Below are positions 63,588-64,000 of a DNA stretch of 64,000 bases, in pieces. The DNA comes from Verrucomicrobiota bacterium. Lineage in GTDB: Bacteria; Verrucomicrobiota; Verrucomicrobiia; Opitutales; Cerasicoccaceae. A model generated the notes under the pieces. The model saw nothing but the letters and a program-made list of their open reading frames with translations. It made no database searches and was not told the DNA's origin. The translations under genes and the position numbers were made by a program. Positions within the stretch are counted from its first letter, which is position 1, and the number at the start of each line of letters is the position of its first letter. The DNA lies in NCBI GenBank assembly GCA_039818205.1, contig JBCBUK010000002.1:224001-288000 (forward strand). Direction: 5' to 3'.

Positions 63588-64000
63588 ATGTTGGAGACGG
63601 TCCAGGATACCCGCCAGCGGTTGTTGGAGGTTGCTGAGCAATTTTACGCGGAGCGTGGCTTTGAGGGTACTTCGTTGCGGAGCTTAACGGATGCAGCCGG
63701 GGTGAATCTGGCTGCGGTTAACTATCATTTCGGTTCGAAGAGAAACTTGATGTGGGAAATGTTCAGCGCGAGGATCGAACCGATTAACACGCAGCGCATG
63801 TTCTTGTTGGACAAGGTGCTCGCTGGTCCGGAGCTCCCGACCCTGGAAGGGGTTTTTGACGCCTTGCTTGTGCCGGTGTTTGACGTCGCCCAGGGGCCGA
63901 ACGGTGCCAATCTAATATTTTTACGGATGATTGGCCGGGTCTTCTCGGAGTCGGAAGAGTTTTGGCATCAATTGCACAATCAGTTTTTCGATGTTTTGTG
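63588..64000 (+). CDS. TetR-family regulator (PsrA-like), truncated by the window end; not in the ORF track
   Basis: Manual translation MLETVQDTRQRLLEVAEQFYAERGFEGTSLRSLTDAAGVNLAAVNYHFGSK...RIEPINTQR. Confidence 0.9.
   Translation, partial: MLETVQDTRQRLLEVAEQFYAERGFEGTSLRSLTDAAGVNLAAVNYHFGSKRNLMWEMFSARIEPINTQRMFLLDKVLAGPELPTLEGVFDALLVPVFDVAQGPNGANLIFLRMIGRVFSESEEFWHQLHNQFFDVL

Overview
A bacterial chromosomal window of about 55 coding genes. The PEP-CTERM protein, standalone prepilin-like protein, homodimeric GlyRS, long PurA and fused SecDF suggest Verrucomicrobiota, probably Opitutales-like (inference). Most of it is housekeeping: glyQS, trpS, purA, hom, speA, hppA, yajC-secDF, a cyclophilin, an RluA family synthase and a MenH-like hydrolase. 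Accessory blocks: (i) a ~1370-aa secreted, cysteine-free enzyme joining three catalytic modules, AA10 LPMO-CBM2-CBM2-GH18 chitinase-GH9 glucanase, which is the standout; (ii) oleC-oleD-thioesterase with no oleA/oleB in the window; (iii) two tandem gmd-like genes with wzm/wzt and a methyltransferase; (iv) a serine-palmitoyltransferase-like gene flanked by three GT4 glycosyltransferases, an SDR and a GINT1-like propeller, a candidate glycosphingolipid locus; (v) tandem vWA paralogs with TonB-like anchors and several orphan modules. Two genes absent from the ORF track were found by hand: a 49-aa lipoprotein (22839-22988) and a TetR/PsrA-like regulator running off the right end, preceded by its candidate operator. 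A structured leader precedes hppA. No rRNA, tRNA, CRISPR array or mobile element was seen. All family calls come from motif recognition; no database search was run.
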